Shown here one piece after another: positions 13,822 to 26,786 of a stretch of 64,000 bases of DNA. The notes beneath the pieces are model-generated. The model saw only the letters and a program-made list of their open reading frames with translations, was not told where the DNA came from and ran no database searches. Position 1 is the stretch's first letter. Each line of letters begins with the position of its first letter. A program made the position numbers and the translations under genes. Source of the stretch: Antedon mediterranea (lineage: Eukaryota; Animalia; Echinodermata); assembly GCF_964355755.1 (NCBI RefSeq), contig NC_092672.1, forward strand, positions 806,001-870,000. The letters run 5' to 3'.

Positions 13822-15153
13822 CAAGTTACCATGTAGATAAATAGTTATAGCAATGTGAATGCTGAATTGATAAAACCGAGAAACTAATTAGCACGATGCT
13901 TTTACCCTTAATGAAGAAAAGTCGGCCAAAAGGCAATACATCGTTCACTATCTGCCTGACAAGGCGCGCTGGTTATACGGCCATTTACTTGATTGCTCTC
14001 GCAAATAGAAATAGGACAAGTTTCCACAAGAAAAATTAAATTCTCTAAAGATAATAATTTCAAAATGATTCATCTGAAAGGCTTATATCCTGAAATTAGT
14101 AAGAAACTCACAAGTAAATCTACAGAATTGATTAAAATGAAATAATTTTATTAAGGTTTAGAGAAAATTGTTAGATATCTTAATTAATAAGATATAGCGC
14201 ATAAGAAAATGAAACAACATTTTGACAGTTCAAGAGACAGAAATACTTAAAATGGAAATGTGATAGAAATGGGATTTAGTTATTTAAAACATTAAATTAA
14301 AAATTCAAATTGACAGAGCATTTAGGTCTACAGTACTATAAATGTTGTTGAAGAAAATTACTTTAGTTAATAACATTACCTACAAATTATACAATGAAGA
14401 AGTGATTGACATTCTTCCAAAAAGCAACCACTTTTCCAAATCAAGGATTTTAGAAAAAGTGGGCAAAAATCATGGAAAATGTTATCATAGTTGTAAAACC
14501 AACTGATAATTGGTATAGTTTATAATTGATTTTTACTCTATTTAATGTTTATCTGGGCTGCTTAAGTCTTGCCTCAGGCAGGGTATGTACATATGACAAT
14601 TAGGATGAACTAATATTTGATCAAAAACAACTTATTGGCTGCCTTCCTAAGTAAATACAATGCACTGTGTACTTATTACATTGATTTCTACTGTTGGTAT
14701 GACTTATGTCATGTATGTGTACTCATTTGAAGGGGCTCTAACAGAGCACTTTTAAGAGTAAGACCTATGAAGAAAATGAACTAAGAATTTGAAATAATTA
14801 GGAACTAAACTTTTTACTGTTCCTTTGCAAACAAAAGAATATAAAACCAATGTCGCACTAAAACTGGATCCAATGTGTGTGTATCTAATAATTGTCATCA
14901 TTAGAGTGCATTTCACTTTCTCCCTGCTCGATTTCCTCCCAATATTTTATTGCTGAGACAATTTTCTGTCACAAGTTTTATCATCATTTTCATGATGATG
15001 ATGATGCCATGATAAACAATTTAAAGGGATTCATTGTAACCTTGTAACCTTGATACGGATTTCATAAACATCAAGATGATCAATGTCAGCTCATTAGAGT
15101 CAATAACAACAAACCAAACAATTAATAATTGGAAATATCAAAACAAATTGTTA

Positions 15154-15291
15154 AGTTCTGTCTACACCATCAAACTAGTTTGATAAAAATGTATGATATA
15201 CCCAAACATGGTAATAATATGACATCATCATGTCCATATATGGGCACATACAATTTTTTGTCACATAAAGTTTGATAGTGTAGACAGAGTT
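15154..15291. mobile_element. MITE family A
   Basis: Same TIRs; TTA/TAA flanks. Confidence 0.85.
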
Positions 15292-18200
15292 TAACATTTG
15301 TGTAACATGTAAAACAATATGTGTCTCTCCATTCACCCCAACCCCCTCCCCTCTCTTGCTCTCTTTTTATAGATTATTAGTTGCTAAATATATGCAAAAC
15401 GATGGGTCATAGCTCAAATTGAAATTTCCAATTGAATTCTGACAAAATATATATACCATCAGTTGTCGAATTCAAGTATTATGATTTCGTTATTATTTTG
15501 ACACAAGTATGGTCACATGACATTAGAAAGTAGGGTCATCTAATTTGTTTTATGTCTTAAGGGTAAATGTGGCCCAATAGCCTCATTTTAAAATCATGAA
15601 TATTCATTAAAACAAATATGATACTCCCATTAAAACTAAATTTGGTCAAAATATTCATTTAAATTTGAAGAATGTAATTTGATAATCCTCATTCTATTTT
15701 AAATAGTTCATCAAAAACAAAATAAAAATAAAAAAGTATCACTCCCAAACTTATTTCTTTAAAAGAAATTAAATATTTACTGTACTTATTCCGAACCTTC
15801 AAACAATAAATACCTTTCTATTTTCTTCTTAAAACAGATATTTATTTTGATGTAACAGAATAAGACAACAAACTAAGTAAATATATCACACAAGTGACTA
15901 CAATCCTTTGTAAACTCTAGTAGATAAAGAGAAAAATCTCAGAATGGGACAAACTCCTTCACTGTGACGTAAACGGCGCCACAATTATTCACCATTAGAC
16001 AAATATAGTTCAGATACGCTTTTTTTCCCTTCTTCGCTGAATTTTTTAAACACATATTTTCAGAAGAAACTTAGCAATATAAGTAATTACCACTACACAA
16101 TTGAAATGCCCTTTCTCTAAGACGGAAACAAGTCGCAATCCAAAACAGAATCAACGATGCTTATCACAATTTTACCTAATATTGATCAGTTTTCTTAGAT
16201 TTGTTTGCCGCTTATTTGTCGCGATAGCAACACGATCTCCATCGTCGTGACATTTGGCACTGTTACCATCGCTAATACTTCGTCTGATTTACTTCGTTCT
16301 ATACCTTAGATGATTTGCAATCGCCTTAGTATCTTAATTCATCACCAACCCCCATTTAAACGGTAAAACCTGCTTTACGTTCTTGTCAAAAAACTCTTAC
16401 TAAAATTACTTTTCAGACAGGTAAATGATGGAGCAAGTCTGTGTGACTACTTTATCCTCAAATCAAATTCTAGTTCATGTGTGTTATTTTGCTTATGATG
16501 TTTTCAATCTCACTGAGAGAAGTAAAATATAGCGGCTCACACTGATTATGTCCTTATGGAGTAAAAATCAAAATTGTAATTAAATACTGTTCATTATTTA
16601 AATGACTATCAATTATGGTTTATTTATCCAAATAATGAGAAAAAAACTTTTATTTGGATGACTGCCTAAACAAAATGAAATCTAAATCATAGATAAAAAC
16701 AATAATATACTTTTAATTTAAGATATAAACCATATCAACTGTGTAACTGTCTGTTTTGGGGGTTCGTCCCACTTTATTGTTTAAAAATTACAATATTTTT
16801 TCTCAGGGCACTGAACCAAATCCTGGCGCGATGTGAACGCAGCTTAAATCAATAATTAATAGTAGAAAGGTATTAGAAGATAAAACAATAATTTTAGGCT
16901 AGTAATACCTTATAATGAGTACAGGTTGGTTAATTCATAATTAAATAACACATTCAAATTGCAGGCCACATCTTTCTTGGTTAATCTAAGGCTTTTGTGA
17001 ACTTAGATGCAAAGTAATCGTATTATGTGCAATAAATTAGTAACATTCTTTTGCTTATTATTACCAGCCATCATTTGATATTTAATTCAAACATTTGTAA
17101 TGGGAATTTGAGCCTGAAATAAGCCCTCTTAAGTGCACAACGTTAAGATCTTACTTATGTATCATATTTTGTGGTTTGTCACATGATTTTTACTGTGCAT
17201 CTTTTCCATCAATTAATGAGATCACATTTAGTTGTGTTGTAGTAACTAGTATTCATTAGGATCTGATGAATGATACTAAAGGTTACACGTATTGTTTACA
17301 ATCAAAGGTATTTAAAAGAAGATAACAAATAAATGAATAAACCAGAAAATGCAAGATGTAAACAGAAAACATGTTTTTTTTTTGTTCTTTAAAATGTGCA
17401 GAATTTAAAATCATCTTATCTTATTAATAGTAATAAAAACTATGATTGAATAGAAACAACTTGATTACAGTTTACCATTGAATTATAGCTTTATGACCAA
17501 AATAATCTTTCAATCAAATTTGAGAAAATACATGTTTGTTGTTGTGTTTACTAATATTCATTGTCATTATTCTTTTCAGTATCTATTCAATACAAAGGAA
17601 ATAATTCAACAGATATGAGTTTTAGAATTTAGTTTTTCAGTTGTGATATCCAATCAGATACATCTTTATTTATATTTATTTATCATCAATAAGATGGACA
17701 TGCCTCACACGGCGAGCCTAAGAGTCGGGCAAATTGTTGGTTTGCAAAAAATACATTTAACAAAAATATTAATTACTATCGCTCTTTAACAGCTTTCAAA
17801 GTATCATTGTTTGTCAGCTGTTATGATGGTATCTAAAAGTAATAGATATTTAACATTTACTTACAAGATATTGTAGGTACTCCAATGCAATGGCTTGATA
17901 TTACACAGATGAAAAAAACATAATTAGTATGGCTACATCATTGCCAGATAGTAGCGTAATTTTGCCCAAGGGTACTATTAATATTTAAAAAAAAATTGCC
18001 ATAGGCAGTTTTTAAAAGGTATTAATGGCTGTAGGTCAGATTAAATTATCAGTGTGGTGAACTCACAACACAAAAGGTTAACAACAAGTTAATCAAAGCA
18101 TGTACTTATACCATCCAAGTCCAGTCTGACAAAAACTGGAGGAACATTTAGATTTTTAAAAATAAATTAGTAAATTAACAATCATGTGATTAACTAAAAA

Positions 18201-18962
18201 GGAAATAATGTTTAATAATTATTGAGAAGCTGCAACTGTATAATGAATAATACAAAATAAAAACGTCTTCTGGATCAGTTACTGTGAAAATGTTACTTAA
18301 CTACACTACTGCAGTGAAAATTATTAATAATTATTGATAATTAGACATTTTAAAAATTCCGTAAAAGTGTTGGATACAATGATTCATTGAACAGAATCTT
18401 TAAACAAGTTTGGTAATTGTGATCTCTAGAGAATAATGCAGATCCTGAAAAACTCTACAACTACCGTAAATCATTTTAATTAATTTGTTCCCCAACTTTT
18501 AAATTGTACTTGGCTGCAATGTTCTTTTATCGTTTTTCTGTTATTTTTATATGGGTTGTATTGCTAAAATAAAGTTTTACAAGTATTTGTTTTAATATCC
18601 TTAGATATATAGTCAAGCATAAAAGTTTTATTAAACCTGTTTAGTACCATTTCTCCAACCATGCATTCAGAAAACAAGGGACTACTAACAATTACTTGGA
18701 TGTGGTCCAACATTCACTCATACCCATTATCATCTTAAAGAGTCTTACTCCTAGGTTAAGCATCAACAGGTTAAGTTAATTGTTTTTAAGTATTAAAATT
18801 ATCAAAGGGTTGGTGGTGGTATACACACATCTTGTCAATACAGTGCTTTAGTAGAAAATCTAGTTATACTTCATGAAAATGTGTGTCTAATTATGATGTT
18901 TGTAGGTCTGAAATAAGATTAGCTACTTTAAAAAGTAGATAAAGAGAAACAGCTTTAAGAAA

Positions 18963-19072
18963 TAGGAGCTGGCTTTACCCAACTGTATTCAGGAGTTCCT
19001 GTTAGGTTAGGTGATTGTAGGAGCTGGCTTTACCCCACTGTATTCAGGAGTTCGTGTTAGGTTAGGTGATTG
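18963..19072. repeat. 55-bp tandem duplication
   Basis: taggagctggctttaccc(a/c)actgtattcaggagttc(c/g)tgttaggttaggtgattg twice, with 2 differences. Confidence 0.95.
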
Positions 19073-20371
19073 TTGTGAACTATTGTAAACATATGAAAGA
19101 AAAAAAAGGTAGTAAGGAAAAAAAAATCAGTATGTGTGAACGAGGCTCTAAGCTTCTGTCACCCATTTTACCACCCCACCCCCTTAATTTTCCTCATAAT
19201 ATTTTAGTATTTTTTAAGATACTGTAGTAGGCCTATGGCAGTCTTCAACAGATAACTACTGTACTACCATCTTAATGAGGCTAACTCCAATTTGCAAGAC
19301 ACTGACAATCAACTAAGGGGAATGGTTAAGGGGAAGGTGGGAAGGCCTACTGTATGATGACATAAGTTGACCAGCTTAAGGAGACACAGGTTATACTGAG
19401 ATCTTGAAAAGACACATTTGGAGGACCATCGTTGGTATGTCACATAACGCTGGAGTATAGTAGAGCAGTAAATAGGCCTATTGTTTTGTTTTACATATTC
19501 TGAGTAGTAGAAAGTCATCGAATATTAAGAAAAAAAATATGTAAAAATTTTTAAACTAACTTAATTCATATCAGACTTTTGTCACTGTGTTCAAATCATA
19601 TCAACAAATCATCAATAACCCTTTTTTATTTATCAATTTGTTACATGTGTTCTGACACGTCTTATTCATTTAATCATTGTATGACTCAACTCAGATTGAA
19701 CCTGAAACAGATGACCGTTAGGCATGGCACTTCATACATTTAACCATCAGTCAATTGATTAAGAGGCCGTCTAAATCATTCAGTCACTGTATACTTGTAT
19801 TCATGTGGTAATCAATCAGTAGTAGCAATGATTCAATTAGTAATGAATAAATGTAAAGTTAAGGTGATGTTGACACATGACAATCAATCAATCCATCAAT
19901 ATGCTATCATTCAACAATTATGAATAATTTATGAAATGTATATAAAAACACACACAAAATAAGAAGCAACCAATTGATTGACTGATTTATGTTGAAGTAC
20001 GATACTTAAACTCCAAATATAAGTAATAATAGTAATCATAATAATAAAAATATTAATGAGCGTTCTTTACCTAGAAGGTCTCACAACGCTTGAGAAAGAA
20101 TAAAAAAAGGCAAGTTTAGTAATGTTTTGGGTTTTAGTTTGTGATAATTACCAAAAATTAAGTACTAACTTAACAAGAAAATAGTTTGCTTAGAAAATGT
20201 AAAAGTGTGAGAAAAAAATTAACCAAATCTTATTTTCTTTCTCTTATTCAACTTGTTTTCTTTATAATAATTTATTCATTAACAGGCGTTTTAGTTCAGA
20301 AGTTATAAAACATTATATATAGTCCAAGGCTGGTCCTTATCATTTGCTTTTCTTAAGTCAAGATAGTAAGA

Positions 20372-20492
20372 AGTGCTTAAGTAAAAAAAACATTAATGTG
20401 TTAGTCCAGTTCTTTTTATCTTATAGATTGTCATCAATCATAAGATAAAAAGAACTGGATTAACACATTAATGTTTTTTTTACTTAAGCACT
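20372..20492. repeat. Near-perfect 121-bp palindrome (about 58-bp stem, 4-nt loop)
   Basis: agtgcttaagtaaaaaaaacattaatgtgttagtccagttctttttatcttat(a)gattg-tcat-caatcataagataaaaagaactggattaacacattaatgttttttttacttaagcact; one bulge and one substitution. Confidence 0.95.
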
Positions 20493-22123
20493 ATAAGAAA
20501 ACAATATGTAAAAATATTTGAAAACTAACTTACAGCAAAATCTGCAAAAATTAAGATGATTTTGTTGCTAAGTACATTTACTAAATCTGACCCCAATGTA
20601 ATTGAGCATCAGGTCTCAGGTACTTAAACCAACGAGTTCATGCTATATCTACCTAACATGGATTCATAGTAAATCTTGAATTTCCTGGTGAAAATCCTTA
20701 TAAAGCTGTAATAATTGTCGCCACAAAGCCTTTTGATTAACAACAATTATCCAGCTAGTGAAGCTTGCTCTCCCTAGATGAAATCATAAAACAATATCTC
20801 ATGGGACTTGTTCAATAACTTTTTATGGATTAGATAAAGCACAATTTAGTAATAGATTAATGCAATCCTTCTGTTGGTGAAATAAGAAATAACATTTGAT
20901 TTATAATCAAATACAGGAATCTATTTCATTGTCATTAAACGTTTGCAATAGGCCTAATTAACTATAAACAATAATTTTAGAAAGAACAGTATTTGTTGTA
21001 CAACATTGGATTGTACGCATCAGCCCAGTCCTTGCTGTACTCTGCAATAACACAGGAAGAAATATGTCAATGTATAGACTATTGGATGATAATACACGAA
21101 TATTTCTAAATAATCATCATTTAGAAATCTTAATACCGGTTATTATCTACAGTACTAGCCTAGATAGTGTAGCTAATCAAATTAGGCATTTAAAAAACAA
21201 ATTATGTTTAAAGGAAAATATCTTCAGATTATTAATAAAATGAAACTTTTTAAAACCATGTATCGTAGCCAATGCCTTAGTCACAGCATGCCCTACTTTC
21301 AATTTAACCTATAAATAGCAAACACATCTAGCTTCTACTTGTTTGTATAGTCCACAGTGGGGCTCGCAAGCTACATGATGTTGGCACTACGTCACTACAA
21401 AACAGTAGAACATGCAGAGCTCGACGCATTTGGTAAAGGAAGTGCGTTGCAATTGGCCAATTTTGCGCAGGAATCTTTACTGAACTTTACCAACTGACTT
21501 GTAAGTTTGCGGAGAACTCTTTACTTATGACTTAAAGTATCAATGCCATTTATCAACACTCTGCTTCTGAAACTACAATAATCATGGTTTATACCACAAA
21601 TCAACAAGATCATACATATATTATTATTATAACTACTTTATTTTTATGATTAAGAAAATGATAGGAACAACAGAACTAGCAAGTTTAGGACAAAATATGG
21701 GGAAAATGAAATAACATAGCGTTTTCAGCCTATTTTCTGAAGACAAGTTACTCCGTTAATTCGTAACTCCTCAACGGACAGCCGTATGGACAAAATTTTT
21801 ACTGTAAAATGTTCTTTAAAGATTAGCCTACATACGGTAACTGTGTGATTGAAAAAAATGAGAAAATTTGTTTTCACTTCTTAAAGGCCATCAAAAAAAA
21901 AACCACAGTGTATAAGCATAGGCGCCGCATGGTGTCCTGAAATCCCCTGATTATGTAATTTCTGTTGGTTACGCTTCGTTGCACGGCATTGTTTGTCATC
22001 GATCGAAGATGTCTTCCGTTTCGTGAAAAAGGCGTATACATCTTCACCAATTTAATTTCAATGAAGAATTCCCGTTCATCAGCAATAAGTTTTGTAAACT
22101 TTCTGAAGTGTAAATGGGGTCTA

Positions 22124-22925
22124 AGGCCCTGTTTCTGCTGCCAACTAAATACCGTATATTATACGGTATTGTTTGAATACCGTATATATACGGTATATTT
22201 TTGGCAGCAGAAACTGCGCTCATAAAAAATATACCGTATTTTGTATACCGTATTTTTCCCACAAAATTTGTGGATAAAATACGGTATTTACAAATTTATA
22301 CCGTATTTTTTGTACCCGTTTCTGCTGCCAATAAAAAATACCGTATTTTTTTTTTACATGACAAAAGGTGAACATTAGTGTTTTTATTTTCTTTCGCTGT
22401 CAGCTGCTTTAGCCTACACACGTGTATAGATATATTCGGCAAAAATGTGGAGCGAAGACGTCACAGTTTTACTAAATAAATGTGTGTGGGGAAGCTAAAA
22501 TGTCTGGCCAACTAAAAGGTAATAAAAGGGACAACCACATTTATAAAGACATTTCTAAAAAAATAAAGCAGGAGTATGGAATAGACTTGTCTCCAAAGCA
22601 AGTAAACTGAAAGCTGAAGAGCCTGCGAAAGCAGTACAACATTGCAAAATACAATAACTCGGGGAGGGAACGAATTATTGTCCCCATTACGATGTTTTCT
22701 GTGCTCTCACAACATCTCTATCACTAGGGCTAGGCTGTTGAAAGTGAGACGTAAAACTTCCTTTATTGCGACTTTTAATTATCGATCAAATAAATGAATG
22801 GCAATTTGGGTAAAAAAGATTAAATTTAACACGACCACCCAAGAAGTATTGTTAGCAGAAACGGGGTACTAAAAAATACGGTATTTTTATACCGTATTTT
22901 GAGCAGCTCCAGCAGAAACAGGCCC
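22124..22925 (+). mobile_element. Non-autonomous PIF/Harbinger derivative with modular subterminal repeats
   Basis: TIR GGCCCTGTTTCTGCTG / CAGCAGAAACAGGCCC, internal extra TIR copies, many ATACCGTAT/ATACGGTAT motifs, and a decayed Myb/SANT-like ORF inside. Confidence 0.75.
22445..22696 (+). pseudogene. Decayed Myb/SANT-like (trihelix/MADF-type) DNA-binding ORF, Harbinger accessory-protein relic
   Basis: MWSEDVTVLLNKCVWGS* / QLKGNKRDNHIYKDISKKIKQEYGIDLSPKQVN*KLKSLRKQYNIAKYNNSGRER / YCPHYD follows the WS...LL..W...N..Y..IS......Q...K.K.L...Y......SG..R..CP.YD pattern, with stops and frameshifts. Confidence 0.7.
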
Positions 22926-24210
22926 ATAGTGATCCTGCATATCTACTTTTTTTATTTCACTTTGTAGTATGTACAATGTATGTTTTTTATACAAAAAAAA
23001 ATTTGTTTGTAACTGTTCTGTATATACCTTTCAAATTAGACCTACTGTATGGATGCTATTTTTTTGTACATTACTGTTATGTTATAATTTTCCTTTATTT
23101 TTAAACCTTTTAACTGGACCATTTTGAAAAGCACTATGTTTACTGAAAATGTAATCCAGTTTATTAAAAATAAATAAATAGCAATGTGTATAAAACGAGA
23201 TGAGCATTAAGGGAAGCTTGCAAAAATGAGCCTTACATCATAACGAGAAGGGGGTCAACATGTTTGATAGACAATGAGTCGTGGAATCAGGAGAAGGGGT
23301 AAAGAATTATCCTAATCTTACCACATAGGCGTCTCAGGAAGGGGGTTGTCAATTACCATGCCAATAGAGAAATAAAAAAGCTACACTCATCATTTTTTTG
23401 ATTTGTAAATACCACCTGTCATAAATATCAGTTTATTTGCCAATTCATCTCTTAACTCATAACATAATAACTGAAATAATCACTCCTCTCAGTCTCTACA
23501 ACTTTTTATTACGTTGTCGCAGAATAAACCATTATTTATAAATCCATCATATCTCTATTATAATTTGCAAATTGCAATGTTTTATAATCACATATCAAAT
23601 GCAGCTATATGAACATTAATAATACACAATTTGTTCTAAGTATTGTGTAACCTTGACATTTTAACTTGTGTTGAAGGTAACGTGAAAACGCTGGAACATT
23701 TATGCTTTTAACGAGTCATTACAATTGGATCTAGTACAAAACCTTTATTGATAGTTGCAAGGTCTGTACAATTCACTACAGTATACAAGCAAACATAATT
23801 CTTATTGTATATATTCTTCAATTATAATTTGTTTTCTTTTCTTAAACAACTGTTTTTATTATTTAATTTATTTGAAGTCTAAACGAAGGTGGTAGTAATT
23901 CCTAATATCCACATTAAACTGTCGGCTGTATTATAAATTTTAATCCAATTTCTAGAGGATATTAATTGACATATTATTATGATTATTCTAATAATTTATT
24001 AATCCTAATAACCTACAAGTAATAAATATTAATGCTGATATCTCCTTTAATAGCCGTACTCTAAATAAAAGCTATGGAATTCTGTATCTTGTCCATCAGC
24101 TATATGTTCGTTAACTTCATTTTATCTTTATATAATTGAAATGATAAATGTTTATTTGAATTTATTATTTTCTGCTTTCCCTTTTTCATAAATCTACTGA
24201 TGTAATCTAA

Positions 24211-24336
24211 AGCTCCATCTACACTATCTGTAGTTTGACAAAACAAAATGTGGTAGTGATAACATGGTGGTAGTGATATGACATCATTTTGTCCACATTT
24301 TGTTGCCACAAAAAGTTTGATAGTGTGGACAGAGCT
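24211..24336. mobile_element. MITE family A
   Basis: Same TIRs (diverged); exact TAA target-site duplication at 24208-24210 and 24337-24339. Confidence 0.85.
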
Positions 24337-26623
24337 TAAGAAATCATTCTGATCGATTGACATGTTAAGAATTATTCCCAAAATATTGTTGTGGTCAAGA
24401 AAGGTAGAAACTGCAATTTATATAAAACATGATTTCTTGAACCTAAGAACTTTCAATGATTATAGCTATAATTAAGATAAACTTATACAGATAAATTGCA
24501 GTATTTATCTTGTAGGGTTATCTCTCATTGTATGGGCATTTTCTAGCCTAGAAAGTCTAGACACAGCTCCAAGATAAATCAAATGCTGTGGGTTGGTTGT
24601 AACTCCTGTCTGTATTAATCAAAACATGGATAGCTTCTTAGTAAATTTATTGGAGTTCAGATGTTCTTACAATCCAATGGTAGAAATATGAAAGATGATC
24701 AATCTTAAATCATAGAGATGTTTTCGTAGTAAATCAACATTAGGGTCTCCATAAAAATTACATTATGGTTATGTATCATACAGAAGACTGCACTGTAGAA
24801 AGGATATTTTACCTAACGTCAAGAAACATGACATATCTGAATGGCCAACAGCGCCACCAACATATTTTAAGTCCCACTACACCATTCATGACTTCTTAAT
24901 ACTAATGAAAATATTCAAATATAAGTTATTAAGATAAGATCTTTAAATATTTTGTTGGATGTTGGATGTACAGCAATACCAATTTATATTTAACTAAATC
25001 AATTAACAAATAATGACAAAAAGTGTGAAAAGTATACACACATTTTTAAAAAGACTACATTTTAATTTAATTATTAAAGAAATAAATTAAAAGGTTCAGG
25101 TTTTATATTAAAATCATAAAGTAAAAATACAGAAGTTTTTTTTTACCCAGCTTATAAAAAAATGTGTTTATAACTAGGTTGTATGATGTAATGACCTCTA
25201 TCATTGATGTTCTCTCATCTTCCAATTTATTTTAATAAGTTCATGATCTGTAGATAGTTGATCTGTTAATGGGTAGGATTAATACCCCTCTTTTAAACAT
25301 GACATCATCATATTGGGGAAAACAATTTAATAGGTGCAATCACAACCTATGATATAAAAATACAGGTGTTTTTGTCAAACGTTAAGCTCTAAAATATGCG
25401 AAGTGTCGTCAGATAATGATTAGTATGGTAAAAAAATTATAAACGAGTGTTCAGATATAATTATTAATGTTATTACGGTATATTTTATGGATACTTGCTT
25501 GAAAAGCATGAATGCTTTTGGATATTATTATAGTAATATTTTTTTAACAAACAACAGCTTTTTTTATATCAAAAGTTTTTACCTATTTATGTAAAAATAA
25601 CTTAATTAACCTACCTCCTAATATCTTTTGACAGATCAAATTAGACTATGTAAATTTAAACTTAAAACTTTCAAATTCATGACACCTTTGGCAAAAGTTG
25701 AAATAGTAATTGCTAATTTGTTGTGTACCTGTTAATATTTTGTGACCGAAGACAGATAAACACAATTTCTGTTAAGTTTACTCTAGTGGCTTAGGTTTAT
25801 TTTCTGGAAGTCTAGTACTGGAAGACTATTTATAATATTATTTTGTCCTACATTTCATAGGAAAACAACCAAATTAGTACATTTCTAATGTGGCAATAAA
25901 AGGAAACGGAGAACAGACGTATACAAGTTTTCTTAATAAACAAGTTTTGTGTTTAAACATTTCTAAAAAATTTCTAATAAAATATTTTATATAAACAACA
26001 AATAAACATTGTGTAATGCCAACAAATTCTGATTTTGTTTGATATTACCACCAATCAGGTATTGAACAAACAATTCAAGCTTGCCGGAAGCAGACGACAG
26101 AAAAATAGATATTTCTGAATGTTGCTGCTATTGTTAGTGAGTGGTGAGATTCAGTCAATGAAGTTTACTTGGGAGAAGTTGTGTCAATATTGACAGCATT
26201 TCTGGAGATCTCCTGGGATTAACTTGTGCTAAACTCTCTGCCAGCAAACTACTGGCAATCGACCTGATGGGAATAAATTGGAGTTAGACAAAATGAAGAA
26301 CTTGCTAAAACTTGTGTAAGATACACAACCAATATTTAAGAGCTGTTAACTCTTGAGTAAACTCCAATATTTATTTAAATAAAGGAAACGCAGTTGAGCA
26401 AAAACTATATCATCTGATTTAGGAAGGAAAGAATCTTATTCTTTAAAAACATTACAACTGTTTAGTTTTGGTTTTGGAAAACAGTTTCATAGTTTCTAAC
26501 ATTAATGCATCTCGTTGAGAACAGAATATTACAATTATTATATTGTTTTTGTTTTATTACATTTTTATGATCATACTCTGGTGAGACGAGCATAAAGAAA
26601 CCCCTTAACACAAAATAGTATAA

Positions 26624-26786
26624 AACTCAGTCTACACTATTAAACTTTATGTGACAAAAAAATGTGCTGTGCCCAGTGTATATGGACATGATGATGTCAT
26701 ATCACTACCATATTTGAGCATATCACTACCATTAAAGGCACATCACACTTTTTTTGTCAAACTAGTTTGATATTGTAGACAGAGCA
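26624..26786. mobile_element. MITE family A
   Basis: Same TIRs; internal 21-bp subrepeat atcactaccatatttgagcat. Confidence 0.85.
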
